Shown here in pieces: positions 48,701 to 60,800 of a DNA stretch of 64,000 bases. The DNA is from Macrostomum lignano (taxonomy: Eukaryota): contig NIVC01001306.1 in assembly GCA_002269645.1 (NCBI GenBank), positions 124,001 to 188,000 on the forward strand, written 5' to 3'. Position numbers and translations under genes: made by a program. The notes below the pieces were generated by a model that was not told the origin of the DNA, made no database searches, and saw only the letters and a list, made by a program, of their open reading frames with translations. How positions within the stretch are numbered: position 1 is the first letter of the stretch; each line of letters opens with the position of its first letter.

Positions 48701-51700
48701 CCGGAATACCCAAGACAGAGCTTTCTGCATACGGCCCAAAGTCTTAATAGTAGAATTTGCGAGTGGCATATCCATTATATCTGTAGCTTTATCAAGGCTT
48801 TACCCTTATGGTGCGCCTCGCTGTTTTTTGTCGTCAAAAAATTAAAAATGATGATAAAAATTATCCATTTTCGATATTTAGCAAGGCAAAGAAGGTCAAG
48901 CCCAGGTACCAGAATTCCAAACTGAATGTCAACTGCAGTCTTGTCAGTCTTTCCTACTTTTTCAATGGACAACCTTTCCTTGAGTGAAGAAATTATTCCT
49001 CTTTTAAACTGTCAATCACTCTCTTACTGAAAATGTTCCTATATTCAATTTTCACTTTTAAAGTTCTATATTTCATCGTTAAAAACAGAAAAATATTCAT
49101 CGAGTATTACTAACGAAAGACAGAAAAAACAATGCATGCGGCATGCAACGGTCCCTAAAAGAGTATCGTTTGATTCCTCTTCGTTTTCGTGTCATTGCTG
49201 TCTTGTGTTCCTAATTGGCTAATACTAATACGGAATTCCTCTTCAATTTCTTACCCCTCTCCTATTTCTCTCCGTAAATCACCCACCTACTTCCATTCCT
49301 CTCCGCCAATCAATCGCCCACCCCACTCCAATTGCTCTCCACCAATCACCCACCCCACTCCAATTGCTCTCCAACAATCACCCACCCCACTCCAATTTCT
49401 CTCCTCCAATCACCTACCCCACTCTAATTTCTTTTTGCCAATCAATCACCCACTCCACTCGAATTTCTCTCCCGCAAAATCCCTTACCCTGCCCAGCCTC
49501 ACTCCAACCTCATCAAAGTTGATCAACGAAGTAAAGCAGCAACCCAAATGGCTGCCCAAACTCAGCCGGCACTGCACAGTCAGGATGCAAATAAAACCGG
49601 CGGCCTGTTTGGCCCCTTCATTGTCGGCGCGTCGTCAAGGATGGCAAAATTCTTGGCCGTCGCTGCGGCGGCCAGAAAGCACCGTCCTAAACAAGTAAAA
49701 TATCACCCTTTTCCGAGAAATACTCCCAAATAGCGTACTGTCGTGCAGTTAGAAAAGAAATCTGTCACGCGGGTGATTTACAAATTTAGTGATTAGAAAA
49801 TTGCTGGTTAAAATTTGATGTTGAGAATTTCACTTTTTACCTAGTCTTGCGTGACGTGTCTACATTGTTTTCAGTCACAATAGTTCACTTTTTGTACTTT
49901 TGTGCCAGTCAGTCAGTCAGTCAGTCAGTCAGTCAGTCAGTCAGTCAGTCAGTCAGTCAGTCAGTCAGTCAGTCAGTCAGTCAGTCAGTCAGTCAGTCAG
50001 TCAGTCAGTCAGTCAGTCAGTCAGTCAGTCAGTCAGTCAGTCAGTCAGTCAGTCAGTCAGTCAGTCAGTCAGTCAGTCAGTCAGTCAGTCAGTCAGTCAG
50101 TCAGTCAGTCAGTCAGTCAGTCAGTCAGTCAGTCAGTCAGTCAGTCAGTCAGTCAGTCAGTCAGTCAGTCAGTCAGTCAGTCAGTCAGTTAGTCAGTCAG
50201 TCAGTCAGTCAGTCAGTCAGTTAGTCAGTCAGTCAGTCAGTCAGTCAGTCAGTTAATCAGTCACTTAGTCAGCAATACAATTATCTTCTTCAACCCGCCA
50301 ACAGCAAGAGAAGGGCAAGGAGAAGAAAGGCGGTGGAGCCGGCAAAGGCGCCGAGGAGAAGGCTAGAAAACGGCTGACCGTGATGGACACGCAGGTGAGC
50401 GACAGGTCGATGGGGCACCGTTTTGCGACTCTCATGTTTAATAAGTCGATTTCCAACAATGCGCAAGGTTGTTACTCGTATTTTGTAATCTTCATTACAG
50501 TCAGACATTCAACAGGCTTCACTCCTGTCTAACAGTTGAAGCTCGTGTCTAACAGTCTAGCCCCTGTCTAACAGGTTTAGCTCCTGTCTAACAGGTTCAG
50601 CTCCTGTCTAACAGGTTCAGCTCCTGTCTAACAGGTTCAGCTTCTGTTTAACAGGTTTTGCTCCTGTCTAACAGGTTCAGCTCCTATCTAACAGGTTCAG
50701 CTCCTGTCTAACAGGTTTAGCTCCTGTCTAACAGGTACAGCTCCTGTCTAACAGGTTCAGCTTCTGTCTAACAGGTTTAGCTCCTGTCTAACAGGTTTAG
50801 CTCCTGTCTAACAGGTTTAGCTCCTGTCTAACAATTTTAGCTCCTGTCTAACAGTCTAGCCCCTGTCTAAACAGGTTTAGCTCCTGTCTAACAGTCTAGC
50901 CCCTGTCTAACAGGTTCAGCTTCTGTCTAACAAGTTCAGCTCCTGTCTAACAGGTTTAGCTCCTGTCTAACAGGTTTAGCTCCTGTCTAACAGGTCCAGC
51001 TCCTGTCTAACAGGTTCAGCTCCTGTCTAACAGGTTCAGCTCCTGTCTAACAGGTTCAGCTCCTGTCTAACAGGTACAGCTCCTGTCTAACAGGTTTAGC
51101 TCCTGTCTAACAGGTTTAGCTCCTGTCTAACAGGTTTAGCTCCTGTCTAACAGGTTTAGCTCCTGTCTAACAGGTCCCGCAACTAATTGAACCATGACCT
51201 GAAAATGGCAACAGGTGTGGATAAAGTGCAGAGAGTTCCAGTAAAAAATCTAATTTAACGCTGACTCGATAATTCGCAGCGCCAGCCAGCAGCTGTGCTG
51301 AGCGTCAGCCGGCACCAGAGAAACGAGGTAAAAGTACATCGGTCCCTTTGAAATTTTATCAGCCTGAACTGCCTTACGAACGTATTGTAGGAAACAACCT
51401 TGAACAAAATTTTCTGCATTCTGAAGACCTCCAGTTTAAACAAAAACAAAATCGCACACAAAAAGTGAGCAATATGACGTGTTGTCTCTGAAAGCTAAAA
51501 GCATCTGCACTCAACTTTGCTAGCATTGAAAGTAGTTGATGTAGAAAAAACCCTGTTGAGCTGATTCTGCTCAACGTAGAGCGGACATGACGTCATCATG
51601 ATGCACAATTTTTAAGCATTGCACCACCGTCCAAATCTTTTTGAAGTTGTCGAACAACAGTTTTTCTCCAAAATTCTTTAGATTTTTGGCGTTTTGCCTA

Positions 51701-54700
51701 TATTTCTACTCAAAGTAGACTAAACTAAAGCCATATCAGAACTTATAAAACAAATTTATTTTCACACAAATATCAAAGGCGGACGACCTTGCCAAGATTG
51801 AGCACGCGGTCAAGATGCTAGAGCGCATGGTGAACCAGAACTCCTTCGACGAGATCGCCCAGGACTTCAAGTACTGGGAGGACCCGTCCGACGAGTTCCG
51901 CGACCAGCAGGGCACCCTGCTGCCGCTGTGGAAGTTCGGCTACGAGAAGGCGCGCAAACTTGCCGTGACGTCGATCACGTGGTCACCAAAGTATCACGAC
52001 TTGTTCGCCATCGCCTACGGCTCGTGTGAGTGTCCCACAAAACCAGTGCTGAGGCAATTCTGCCCATTCCACTGACTCCTGAGCACACAAGCGCGCCAAT
52101 ACTGTACTCAGGCACGCACTCATGCATTCGCTCACACAGGGTGTACAGCGGCCCTGACTTTCTAATCGTCAGGCATGTACACTCTCTGTTGCCTTTGAGG
52201 TGAATCGCACGACAACCACCCGGCTAATTTTCGTGCTCAAGCCCCAAATGAATCGAACCACTGACCCGGGTTGCAGACGCGTTTGGCGCTTAGCTGCTCT
52301 GCCCTTCCCAAAAATAGATAATGACGTCACAGGTTCAACCAATACGCTCCTCCAACAGACGACTTCATGAAGCAGACGCGCGGCTTGTTGTGCTTCTACT
52401 CGCTGAAGAATCCCAGCCACCCAGAGTACGTGTTCGAGACAGATTCGGCCGTCCTGACTGCCGCTCTCCACCCTGAGTACCCGCACATGCTCTGCGCCGG
52501 TCTGTATGACGGCAGTGTCGCCGTGTATAGCGCCGTGCAGAAGAAGCGTGGGCCTCTCTACCAGTCCAGCGCACGGACTGGCAAGCACACGGACCCGGTG
52601 TGGCAGGTGTGCTGGGCCAAGGACGATCTGGACAATAATATGAACTTTTATAGCACCAGCTCCGATGGTCGGGTGACGTCATGGACTCTCATCAAGGTTG
52701 GTTGTGCAGTGTTCTTCTGATGGCTCTAAATTTCATACTGAGTTGCCTTTAATGCCACACTGGGTTGTCTGTAAATGCCACACTGGGTTGTCTGTAAATG
52801 CCACACAGGGTTGTCTGTAAATGCCACACTGGGGTGTCTGTAAATGCCACACTGGGTTGTCTGTAAATGCCACACTGGGTTGTCTGTAAATGCCACACTG
52901 GGTTGTCTGTAAATGCCACACTGGGTTGTCTGTAAATGCCACACTGGGTTGTCTGTAAATGCCACACTGGGTTGTCTGTAAATGCCACACTGGGGTGTCT
53001 GTAAATGCCACACTGGGTTGTCTGTAAATGCCACACTGGGGTGTCTGTAAATGCCACACTGGGTTGTCTGTAAATGCCACACTGTCTGTAAAGCCACACT
53101 TGAGAGGTGTCTCAAATGCTTTAAGATCCCCTATTAGAATTATATGAATACCTAAAATTTATTGTAGACAATTTAACATTTCTTGCTCGTAATGTTACGA
53201 GCGTGTATTTCCGTTTCTTCCCATATTTGTTGCACTTTTTAGCCAACAATATCTTTTATTAATTTCAAAGTTGTTTGCCAAATTTCAGTAGTATTCTTGC
53301 ATTTCTGATACAATACTCACGTATTGTGCTTCCTAAAATTCCTTATATACTTTTTAGCTAACAATTATGTCCGTTGTACTCTACTCGCTAGCTAGACTTA
53401 GTAGCCCGACACGAACTTTAGCATAATAATCTATTTAATCAACGCACGATAACCCGCTAACCAGGAAGGCGTCGGGGCGCATCATTTTTCAACCGTGAGT
53501 AAAACAAGAACGCGCAAGTTTTTTTTTCGAAAGTCCCAAAAAGCAGAATTTGAGATCGAGAGGATTGTACTTTTGCATCGCTGTTTTCGCTTAGTCCCGC
53601 TTCAAGCGTGTGCTTTTACTATTCTTTTTCAGACAAAATCATTCATCACGCTATGATTTTAATTGTCAAATTACAAATTCACATACGTGGAAATTTTTGG
53701 AAAATCCATGGAAAATCCATGGGATTTCCTTGTCTCAAATCAAACGAAAGTCTTTAAATATTTAATTGATATCTTTAATTTTCATTTTTCCGAATTATCG
53801 ATTGGCATAATTGACATGCCAGCTTCGATCCCATTTTTCTGCTTTTAATTGCTTGCTTTGTTTGTCGTCGAGATATAGAATTGTTCGTTTGAGTCCCGAC
53901 TCTCATCTGTCCTCTGTGCTGGCTGGAAGATTCGACAGGCAATTTGAGCACCATTTTTATCTCAGGAGTTTTATTGCTGGCTATGCTGATCCCACAGAGT
54001 CAGCTTCCCTTCCATTTCCATCCGCCCCCTTATCTCCATCCGCCCCCTTATCTCCATCCGCCCCCTTATCTCCATCCGCCCCCTTATCTCCACCCGCCCC
54101 CTTATCTCCATCCGCCCCCTTATCTCCATCCGCCCCCTTATCTCCATCCGCCCCCTTATCTCCATCCGCCCCCTTATCTCCATCCGCTCCCGCCAGAACG
54201 ACCTCGTGTCACAGGACGTGATCAAGCTAGAGCTGGAGGGCGGTCCAGTCGAAGGCCCGGACGGCATCAAGCTGGAGAACCTGGCCTCCGGCACCACCTT
54301 CGACTTTCACCGAGAGGCCAGCCACCTATTCCTGGTCGGCACCGAGGAGGGCAAGGTGTTCAAGTGCAGCACCGCTTATTCATCTCAGTATCTGCAGACC
54401 TACGACGCCCATCACATGGCCGTGTACAAGGTGACTTGGAATCCGTTCCATCCCAGCATCTTCATGACCTGCTCGGCCGATTGGACTGTTAAAATCTGGG
54501 ATCACAATAAGACGTGAGTTGCTTCATTTCTGACTTTTGATTTATTGAATATTACATTGATTTTTATTACTGTTACCAGTTTCTTAACTCAAAAGAAGCT
54601 CTCTCTCAAACCCCCCCATCACACAGAGAGCCCGTGTTCGTGTTCGACCTGAACTCGCCAGTGGGCGACGCCGCCTGGTCGCCCTACTCCAGCACAGTCT

Positions 54701-57700
54701 TCGCCGCTGTCACCGCCGACGGCAAGGTGCACGTCTTCGACTTGAACATCAACAAATACGAGGCCCTCTGCGAACAGGTGGTCGCCCAGAAGAAGAAGGC
54801 CAAGCTGACCCACATCGACTTCAATCCAAAGCACCCCATCCTGATTGTCGGCGACGATCGTGGACACATCTCATCGTTGAAATTGTCGCCGAATCTGCGC
54901 AAATTGCCCAAAGTAAGTCTTGTGTCTGACTGAGTTTCTAAGACCCAAATTAAAGTAATTTTTATTTGCCGCGTGCGTAGAACAATGCAAGATTGACTGA
55001 ATTAAGAGCTATTTACCAATCAGAGGAAAAATGATAACAAAAGAACGTATTATCAGCTGATCCTGGGATGTTACCAGACCCTGAGATATCCTTCAGGTTG
55101 CGTTGGCTTGAAAATGAGATATCCTACCGGATCCGTTGGCTTGACCATGAGACATCCTACCGGATCCGTTAGCTTGACCATGAGACATCCTACCGGATCC
55201 GTTAGCTTGACCATGAGACATCCTACCGGATCCGTTAGCTTGACCATGAGACATCCTACCGGATCCGTTAGCTTGACCATGAGACATCCTACCGGATCCG
55301 TTAGCTTGACCATGAGACATCCTACCGGATCCGTTGGCTTGACCATGAGACATCCTACCGGATCCGTTAGCTTGACCATGAGACATCCTACCGGATCCGT
55401 TGGCTTGACCATGAGACATCCTACCGGATCCGTTGGCTTGACCATGAGATATCCGGCCTACCGGATCCGTTAGCTTGACCATGAGACATCCTACCGGATC
55501 CGTTGGCTTGACCATGAGACATCCTACCGGATCCGTTGGCTTGACCATGAGACATCCTACCGGATCCGTTAGCTTGACCATGAGACATCCTACCGGATCC
55601 TACCGTCCTGCTGTTAGCTTGAGCCTGGATAACCTACTGATAACCTAACTTGCCAATGCAAAACTGTACACTTTAGGAGGCCGGATTCTTTGAAAAGGTA
55701 AACCGATATATTTAAAATGTAGTGACATTTAAGTACGACGTACGATCGTAGAACCCCTAATTCTAGTTTGGTTAAAAGTTGTCTTTACTACTGAGGTACA
55801 ATGAGCCTCTATTTCTATTACTTTCTATCTCTCTTCCCCAGAGCCACTTGACATTTTACCTTTTTACATTTCATACCAAATGAGTAACTTTTATTTGCAA
55901 AGCTATTAAAGTCTTTAAACCTCTGCACATAAAAAAATTATGTATATTTTTTCTAAAAAAATTGGGCGAAACATCGCAAAAATCTTGCGAATCATGCCCT
56001 CCAGCTCCCAGGATCTTCACCTAGCAGTCTGGAACGCGAGGTAACAAATGTTGGCGCTGTCGCAGACGACGATTTGCCTCCGAATCGGAGGAAATCGAAC
56101 TTTCCAGCAAATAATCTTGGTCCTCGCCTTCTGTCAGACTTGGTAAACGGAGGATACTCAAAATATTGTTGAATAGCCGTTTTCCTCTCCGCTATTTTGC
56201 ATGCAAATCTGCGGAAGTCAATGTGGAATGAGCCCTGCCTCAAGTCATTGTGACTCATTGGGACCTCCATCTCAACCCCTTCCCGCCTCAGTTCATTTTA
56301 GGGGTCTACGGAGCCTCCATCTCTACCCCTCCCGCTTCAGTTCATTGTAGGGGTCTACGGAGCCTCCATCTCTACCCCTCCCGCTTCAGTTCATTGTAGG
56401 GGTCTACGGAGCCTCCATCTCTACCCCTCCCGCTTCAGTTCATTGTAGGGGTCTACGGAGCCTCCATCTCTACCCCTCCCGCTTCAGTTCTTTGTAGGGG
56501 TCTACGGAGCCTCCATCTCTACCCCTCCCGCCTCAGTTCATTGTAGGGGTCTATGGAGGCTCCATCTCTACCCCTCCCGCCTCAGTTCATTGGGGTCTAT
56601 GGAGGCTCCATCTCTACCCCTCCCGCCTCAGTTCATTGGGGTCTACGGAGCCTCCATCTCTACCCCTCCCGCCTCAGTTCATTGGGGTCTACGGAGCCTC
56701 CATCTCTACCCCTCCCGCCTCAGTTCTTTGGGGTCTATGGAGCGTCCACCGCCGTACGTCTCTTGCAACGGTCGCTATGTAAGCTCCGCGGTCGTCATGC
56801 CAGCTACTCTTACTAGCCGTCACATATCCTGCCGCATGTTGCAACAGTACAATTTCTGGTATTAATCGGCATCAATACATCCTGCTCACCTTAATATTGG
56901 CTGCCAAAAAATCACTTTAAGCCTGACAGCATGCTGCTCGCCTTTGGCGAAATTAAAAACCGCCCAGTTCGACTTGGTAACAGTTAATCTATAAGAATTT
57001 TACTCAGTGTTGCAGTCCAGTCACATTAAAGAATTCAAATGGACTCATTTCAGCATCACGTATTTATATTTTTGAGTTGAAGCCTCAATAAAAGTTTATA
57101 AAAATACCCCCTTTCAATAGCAAATATTAGTAGCTTACTTAGTACTCTCGTAGCATATTCGAATTTACGTCGTCGCGCCGATTATATTATATTTTTGTTG
57201 TAATTCATTTACTTTTTCACTTTTGTGCCTCATTGTTATTCACATATAGATTGTCTTTGTTATACCGTATGGTGTTCAGTTATTCGTGATTTTTTACGGG
57301 TAAACAAAAACCTTCGGTATATTTTTGTTTGACCTTGTCCAATTAATAGGAGATTGTTTAAAAGCTGTTAACTTAAGAGATATAAGATTAGAACATTGAG
57401 TAAATATTATTAGTTAGAAAGCGGTTCTGTACCTTTTGGCAGCCTACGTGATCTTATTTAAGACACATTACACATGAAAATGACACCTTTAAGACACCTG
57501 TTAGACATCGAAGAGACACCTGTTAGACATGGAAAAGACACATGTTAGACATCGAAACGACACCTGTTAGGTACATGGAAAAGACACCTGTTAGACATGG
57601 AAAAGACACCTGTTAGACATGGAAAAGACACCTGTTAGACATGAAAAAGACACCTGTTAGACATCGAAAAGACACCTGTTAGACAAGGAAGGCCCTTGTT

Positions 57701-57920
57701 ATAATCAGGTAAAACACCAGTTAGTCAGAGTAAGACACTTGTTTGTTATAATCGAGGCAAACCTGTACACCGATTTAAAACGGAATTCTGAGACGGTGTT
57801 ATTAAATATTTTTGCATCAACACTTCACCTCGCCATTCGCAGGAGAAAAAGGGCGCCGCCCAGCCAGGGCCGCAGGCGCAGGTGGAGAAGCTGGACAAAA
57901 TTCTCACCATGGTTGGATGA
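45751..57920 (+). CDS. DNAI1: Axonemal outer-arm dynein intermediate chain 1 (about 669 aa; exons 45751-45792, 46286-46637, 47191-47249, 47632-47730, 47964-48065, 50305-50394, 51779-52025, 52359-52696, 54197-54513, 54627-54912, 57843-57920)
   Basis: [94 protein letters not shown]40 repeats, [20 protein letters not shown]. Splice phases are consistent throughout; 2010 nt. Confidence 0.95.
46760..47075 (+). repeat. 53-bp minisatellite, about 5-6 copies, DNAI1 intron 2
   Basis: Period 53 at 46801/46854. Confidence 0.88.
47389..47406 (+). CDS. Candidate 18-nt in-frame DNAI1 microexon (ATDEDM)
   Basis: Acceptor tttaatttcaccatttctcag, donor gttggt (same hexamer as the exon ending at 52696); phase 0-0 inside a phase-0 intron; acidic like the flanking exons. 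Confidence 0.5.
48444..48737. mobile_element. PIF/Harbinger-like MITE
   Basis: 18-bp TIR gggccgtatgcagaaagc / gctttctgcatacggccc; aaa on both flanks; internal hairpins ccatggacttctatactt...aagtatagaagtccatgg. Confidence 0.7.
49290..49480 (+). repeat. Degenerate about 30-bp C-rich repeat (caatcacccaccccactccaattgctctc)
   Basis: Direct reading, about 5 decayed units. Confidence 0.65.
49907..50262 (+). repeat. (CAGT)n microsatellite, DNAI1 intron 5
   Basis: Direct reading; ends about 40 bp before the acceptor. Confidence 0.97.
50520..51176 (+). repeat. 20-bp minisatellite (ctcctgtctaacaggtt(c/t)ag), about 33 copies, DNAI1 intron 6
   Basis: Period 20 at 50581/50601. Confidence 0.95.
52095..52300 (-). 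mobile_element. SINE copy (antisense) in DNAI1 intron 7
   Basis: Reverse complement: gtggttcgattc...gagagtgtacatgcctgacgattagaaagtcagggccgctgtacaccctgtgtgagcg. Confidence 0.75.
52750..53100 (+). repeat. 23-bp minisatellite (aatgccacactgggttgtctgta), about 15 copies, DNAI1 intron 8
   Basis: Period 23 at 52751/52774. Confidence 0.93.
54012..54190 (+). repeat. 18-bp minisatellite (ccatccgcccccttatct), about 10 copies, abutting the exon 9 acceptor
   Basis: Direct reading. Confidence 0.92.
55085..55600 (+). repeat. 33-bp minisatellite (gagacatcctaccggatccgtt(a/g)gcttgaccat), about 15 copies, DNAI1 intron 10
   Basis: Direct reading; 11-aa periodic ORFs in the track. Confidence 0.93.
56260..56745 (+). 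repeat. About 49-bp minisatellite, about 10 copies, DNAI1 intron 10
   Basis: Period 49 at 56301/56350. Confidence 0.92.
57485..57690 (+). repeat. 22-bp minisatellite (gacacctgttagacatggaaaa), about 9 copies; further copies at 58680-58760
   Basis: Period 22 at 57601/57623. Confidence 0.88.
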
Positions 57921-58822
57921 AGAAGGGCGGCGGGGACAACAGTGGCCGGCCGGTCGCTGATCAGGGCTCGATTGCGCAACAGGCCGCATCGTAGGGAGAA
58001 TTTTCACCGAATTAAATAAATCCCCTACCGTATATACAAATTAACCAATTTTTGAAATTAAACTGGGGTTGAAAAAATACCTTTTATACCTTTATAAAAA
58101 AAATTGTATACAAGCTATTAAAGAAAAAGTATGGTTTGAAACGTTTAAAATTTCTGTAACGATATATTTCAGACATGTAATTGTTCACAATAACAACTTC
58201 CTTTTCGAAACTATTTTTTTTAAAGTTCAAGCAGCATATACAATGTGGATAAATTTCGAACTAAGCAAAATTGTAATTGTTTAAAATATTGTTTTGTTTC
58301 ACGATTTCTAACTCTGCAAAGGTTTTTTGTTATCATACTACTAATTTACTATAATGAATTAATAATTTTTGCGATTCACTAAGTCTATAAACTATTTGAG
58401 TTCAAATACAAAAGTACATGTCCGCACGCGAGCCCTGTCCAGTTTACATGGACTTTAGCGAATATTTTACAACGGGAACAGTTTAAAAGCTTGAATTGCA
58501 CACTCAAAATTATTTTAAAAGCCATTTGAATTTCAATTCAAATTCCATTGAAAACCTAAACACTCAATACAGGATGGGACCATTAAACTATTAATTTAAC
58601 ATATTGTTTATACTCATCAGCAAAAGCAGAAAACCGGAAAAAGACTCCTGTTGACAATGAAAGCATCCATCGGACATGGAAAAAAATGTAGACATGGAAA
58701 GACCCCTGTTAGACATGGAAAAGACGCCTGTTAGACATGGAAAAGATCCCTGTTAGACAAAGACATAAATCAGAAGCAGAAACAGAAGCAGGAACCTGGG
58801 AAGATGAAGCTTCAGTCAACAT

Positions 58823-59720
58823 TTCCCGGACACTTTTTGGCCTGACGGAATCCCGGGATTAGGGGCTCGGGATCCCGGGATTGGAAACTTTTTTGATAAA
58901 GTGGGTGATATTCAGGAAATATCAAAATGTTCGTATTTTAAATACATTACACAAGTAACATTCGCGCGTCGTGATCATGAGTCGTGATCGTGACGTGACT
59001 CTCGATTCTCGAATCGTGATACAAACAAATTGTACAATACATGCGAGTCTCAAACTTGTGTTGTGTTTGTGTATTTGACTACTTGTGTTACTTGTGTAAC
59101 TTGTGAGGTTGTGTAACTTGTGTTATGTACATAAAAGCATTGAAAAATGACTCATTGACGTCTGCTGGGAGTTCAACGCATTTACTGAAATCAGCCTGCA
59201 TGTACATGTACTTCTACAGGCTTTGGAAGGAAACAAAAGCATGCCTAACTGCCTTGGGCATCGGACCTTGAGCCAAAGGCAATTCGTAAAACAAACTAGA
59301 GGTCGGACGAGCAGAAAATTTTGGTCGGGCGTGAAATTTCGTGAAATTTTCAAAGTCAGGCGTGATCGTGATTGTGATCATGAATTTATATTTGCATACA
59401 TGTATTACGAGCTCATAAGTTACAAGTGTAGAAAATAACAAAACAAGAAAAGAAACCATTATATATTAGATAATAGATACTCGGTAATGCTGTCAAGTCG
59501 AGAAATATAAAATGTATTACTGCTTACACGTTTTTTTAGTAAAATCAAATAGAAAAGTTATTACTTCTAAAAAAGCATTTAAAAAAGCGGGTTTTCTGGC
59601 ATTCTATCGGCAAAAATATTTAAAATGTCAATCCCGGGATTGGGTCCGGGATCCCGGGATTGAGTCATTGCTTCGTCCGGGATCCCGGGATCGTAGAACA
59701 GCCGGGATTTGCCATCGCTA
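58823..59720. mobile_element. hAT-like element with atcccgggat subterminal repeats
   Basis: Right end gggatttgccatcgcta; gtcaacat duplicated at 58815-58822 and 59721-59728; left terminus degraded. Confidence 0.5.
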
Positions 59721-60654
59721 GTCAACATTTACATGTAATTAGGCATCATCAGTACGTAAGCTTGCGCGCGTGTATTTCTTTTGGCAATGGAGAATTGTCA
59801 AGATAACGATCGAGGCTCATGAGGAATCGTTAAAATTCTGTGGCTCGGGGGAATGGTTGAAATGTCTTAAGGCTTATGAGGGGAACTGCTTAGAGAAATG
59901 AAGTGATTCGATCAGCAGGGTTCATTAGGGTAGTTAGGATTCAACCATACAAAAGAATCGCCCCTGGCAATCATAAAAATTCATTGGACGATAAAAAATT
60001 GCAAGGAATATGATCAGTTTTCTCTGTTAGTTCGCAAGCATTATTTCGCTAAAGGAATGAATTAGTGCCTGGATAAATTTCGCGCATGCGATGAAGGACG
60101 CCCTTTTTTCCAAATCCCGCACTAGCACACGGGCTAAGTAAGCCAAGGGCATTTTTGATCCTTTTTCTGTGGAGTAACATAGAATTTATACTAGATATAT
60201 GGTTTGGTCATACTAGTAGTCATAATAACATAGGCGTAACTTTTTGGGTCATAAATCATCGCTTTCAAAGCTGGTCTGACAGCCACCTGCGCCTCACTCA
60301 GTATTGAGGCGGGCGCCAGATGGTCTGAGGGGATGCGGGCGGTAGCTTTTTTCTCATCATTTTGACAGGCCATCAAGATTTATGAGGTCAGAGCCTATTG
60401 TTCGGGTTCACTCAAGCGTGTGACAGCTTTGACAGCTATGCGTTTTACCCCTAAAAGTACCTTGGGGTTAGCGATTAGTGATTTCTCTTCATTATCTTCA
60501 CTTTCTATTTAATAAGAGCTTTCTAATGTATATTTTTTCATTAATTTCTGTCAATCCTACGCGAAAAGTCATAAATCATTTTGTTGCGATTTTGATTGAT
60601 TTATGGCCGCACCTGTCATCTTTTTACGACCCTGTGGAAACTGATAGGATCTCC

Positions 60655-60800
60655 CGGTCACGTGATTCTGGGTAGCAACAAGCTTAGCCAATCAGAAAAT
60701 TCGGCGCTCATTTTAACAAAACGGCTCAGCCAATCAGAATCGACGTGATCCATTATAACAAACTGTGGTCCAGTTCGCGGCTATTTAAACCGGTGTTTTT
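60655..60800 (+). promoter_or_regulatory. Promoter-like module (two agccaatcagaa CCAAT boxes plus tatttaaa), probably belonging to a retroelement
   Basis: cacgtg, agccaatcagaa twice, ctatttaaa in canonical order; no host CDS follows. Confidence 0.4.

Noticed and set aside
49847-50256. VSQS-repeat ORFs
   Set aside because: Translation of (CAGT)n in a DNAI1 intron.
52726-55581. Periodic ORFs at 52726-53115, 53811-54297 and 55071-55581
   Set aside because: Intronic minisatellite translations.
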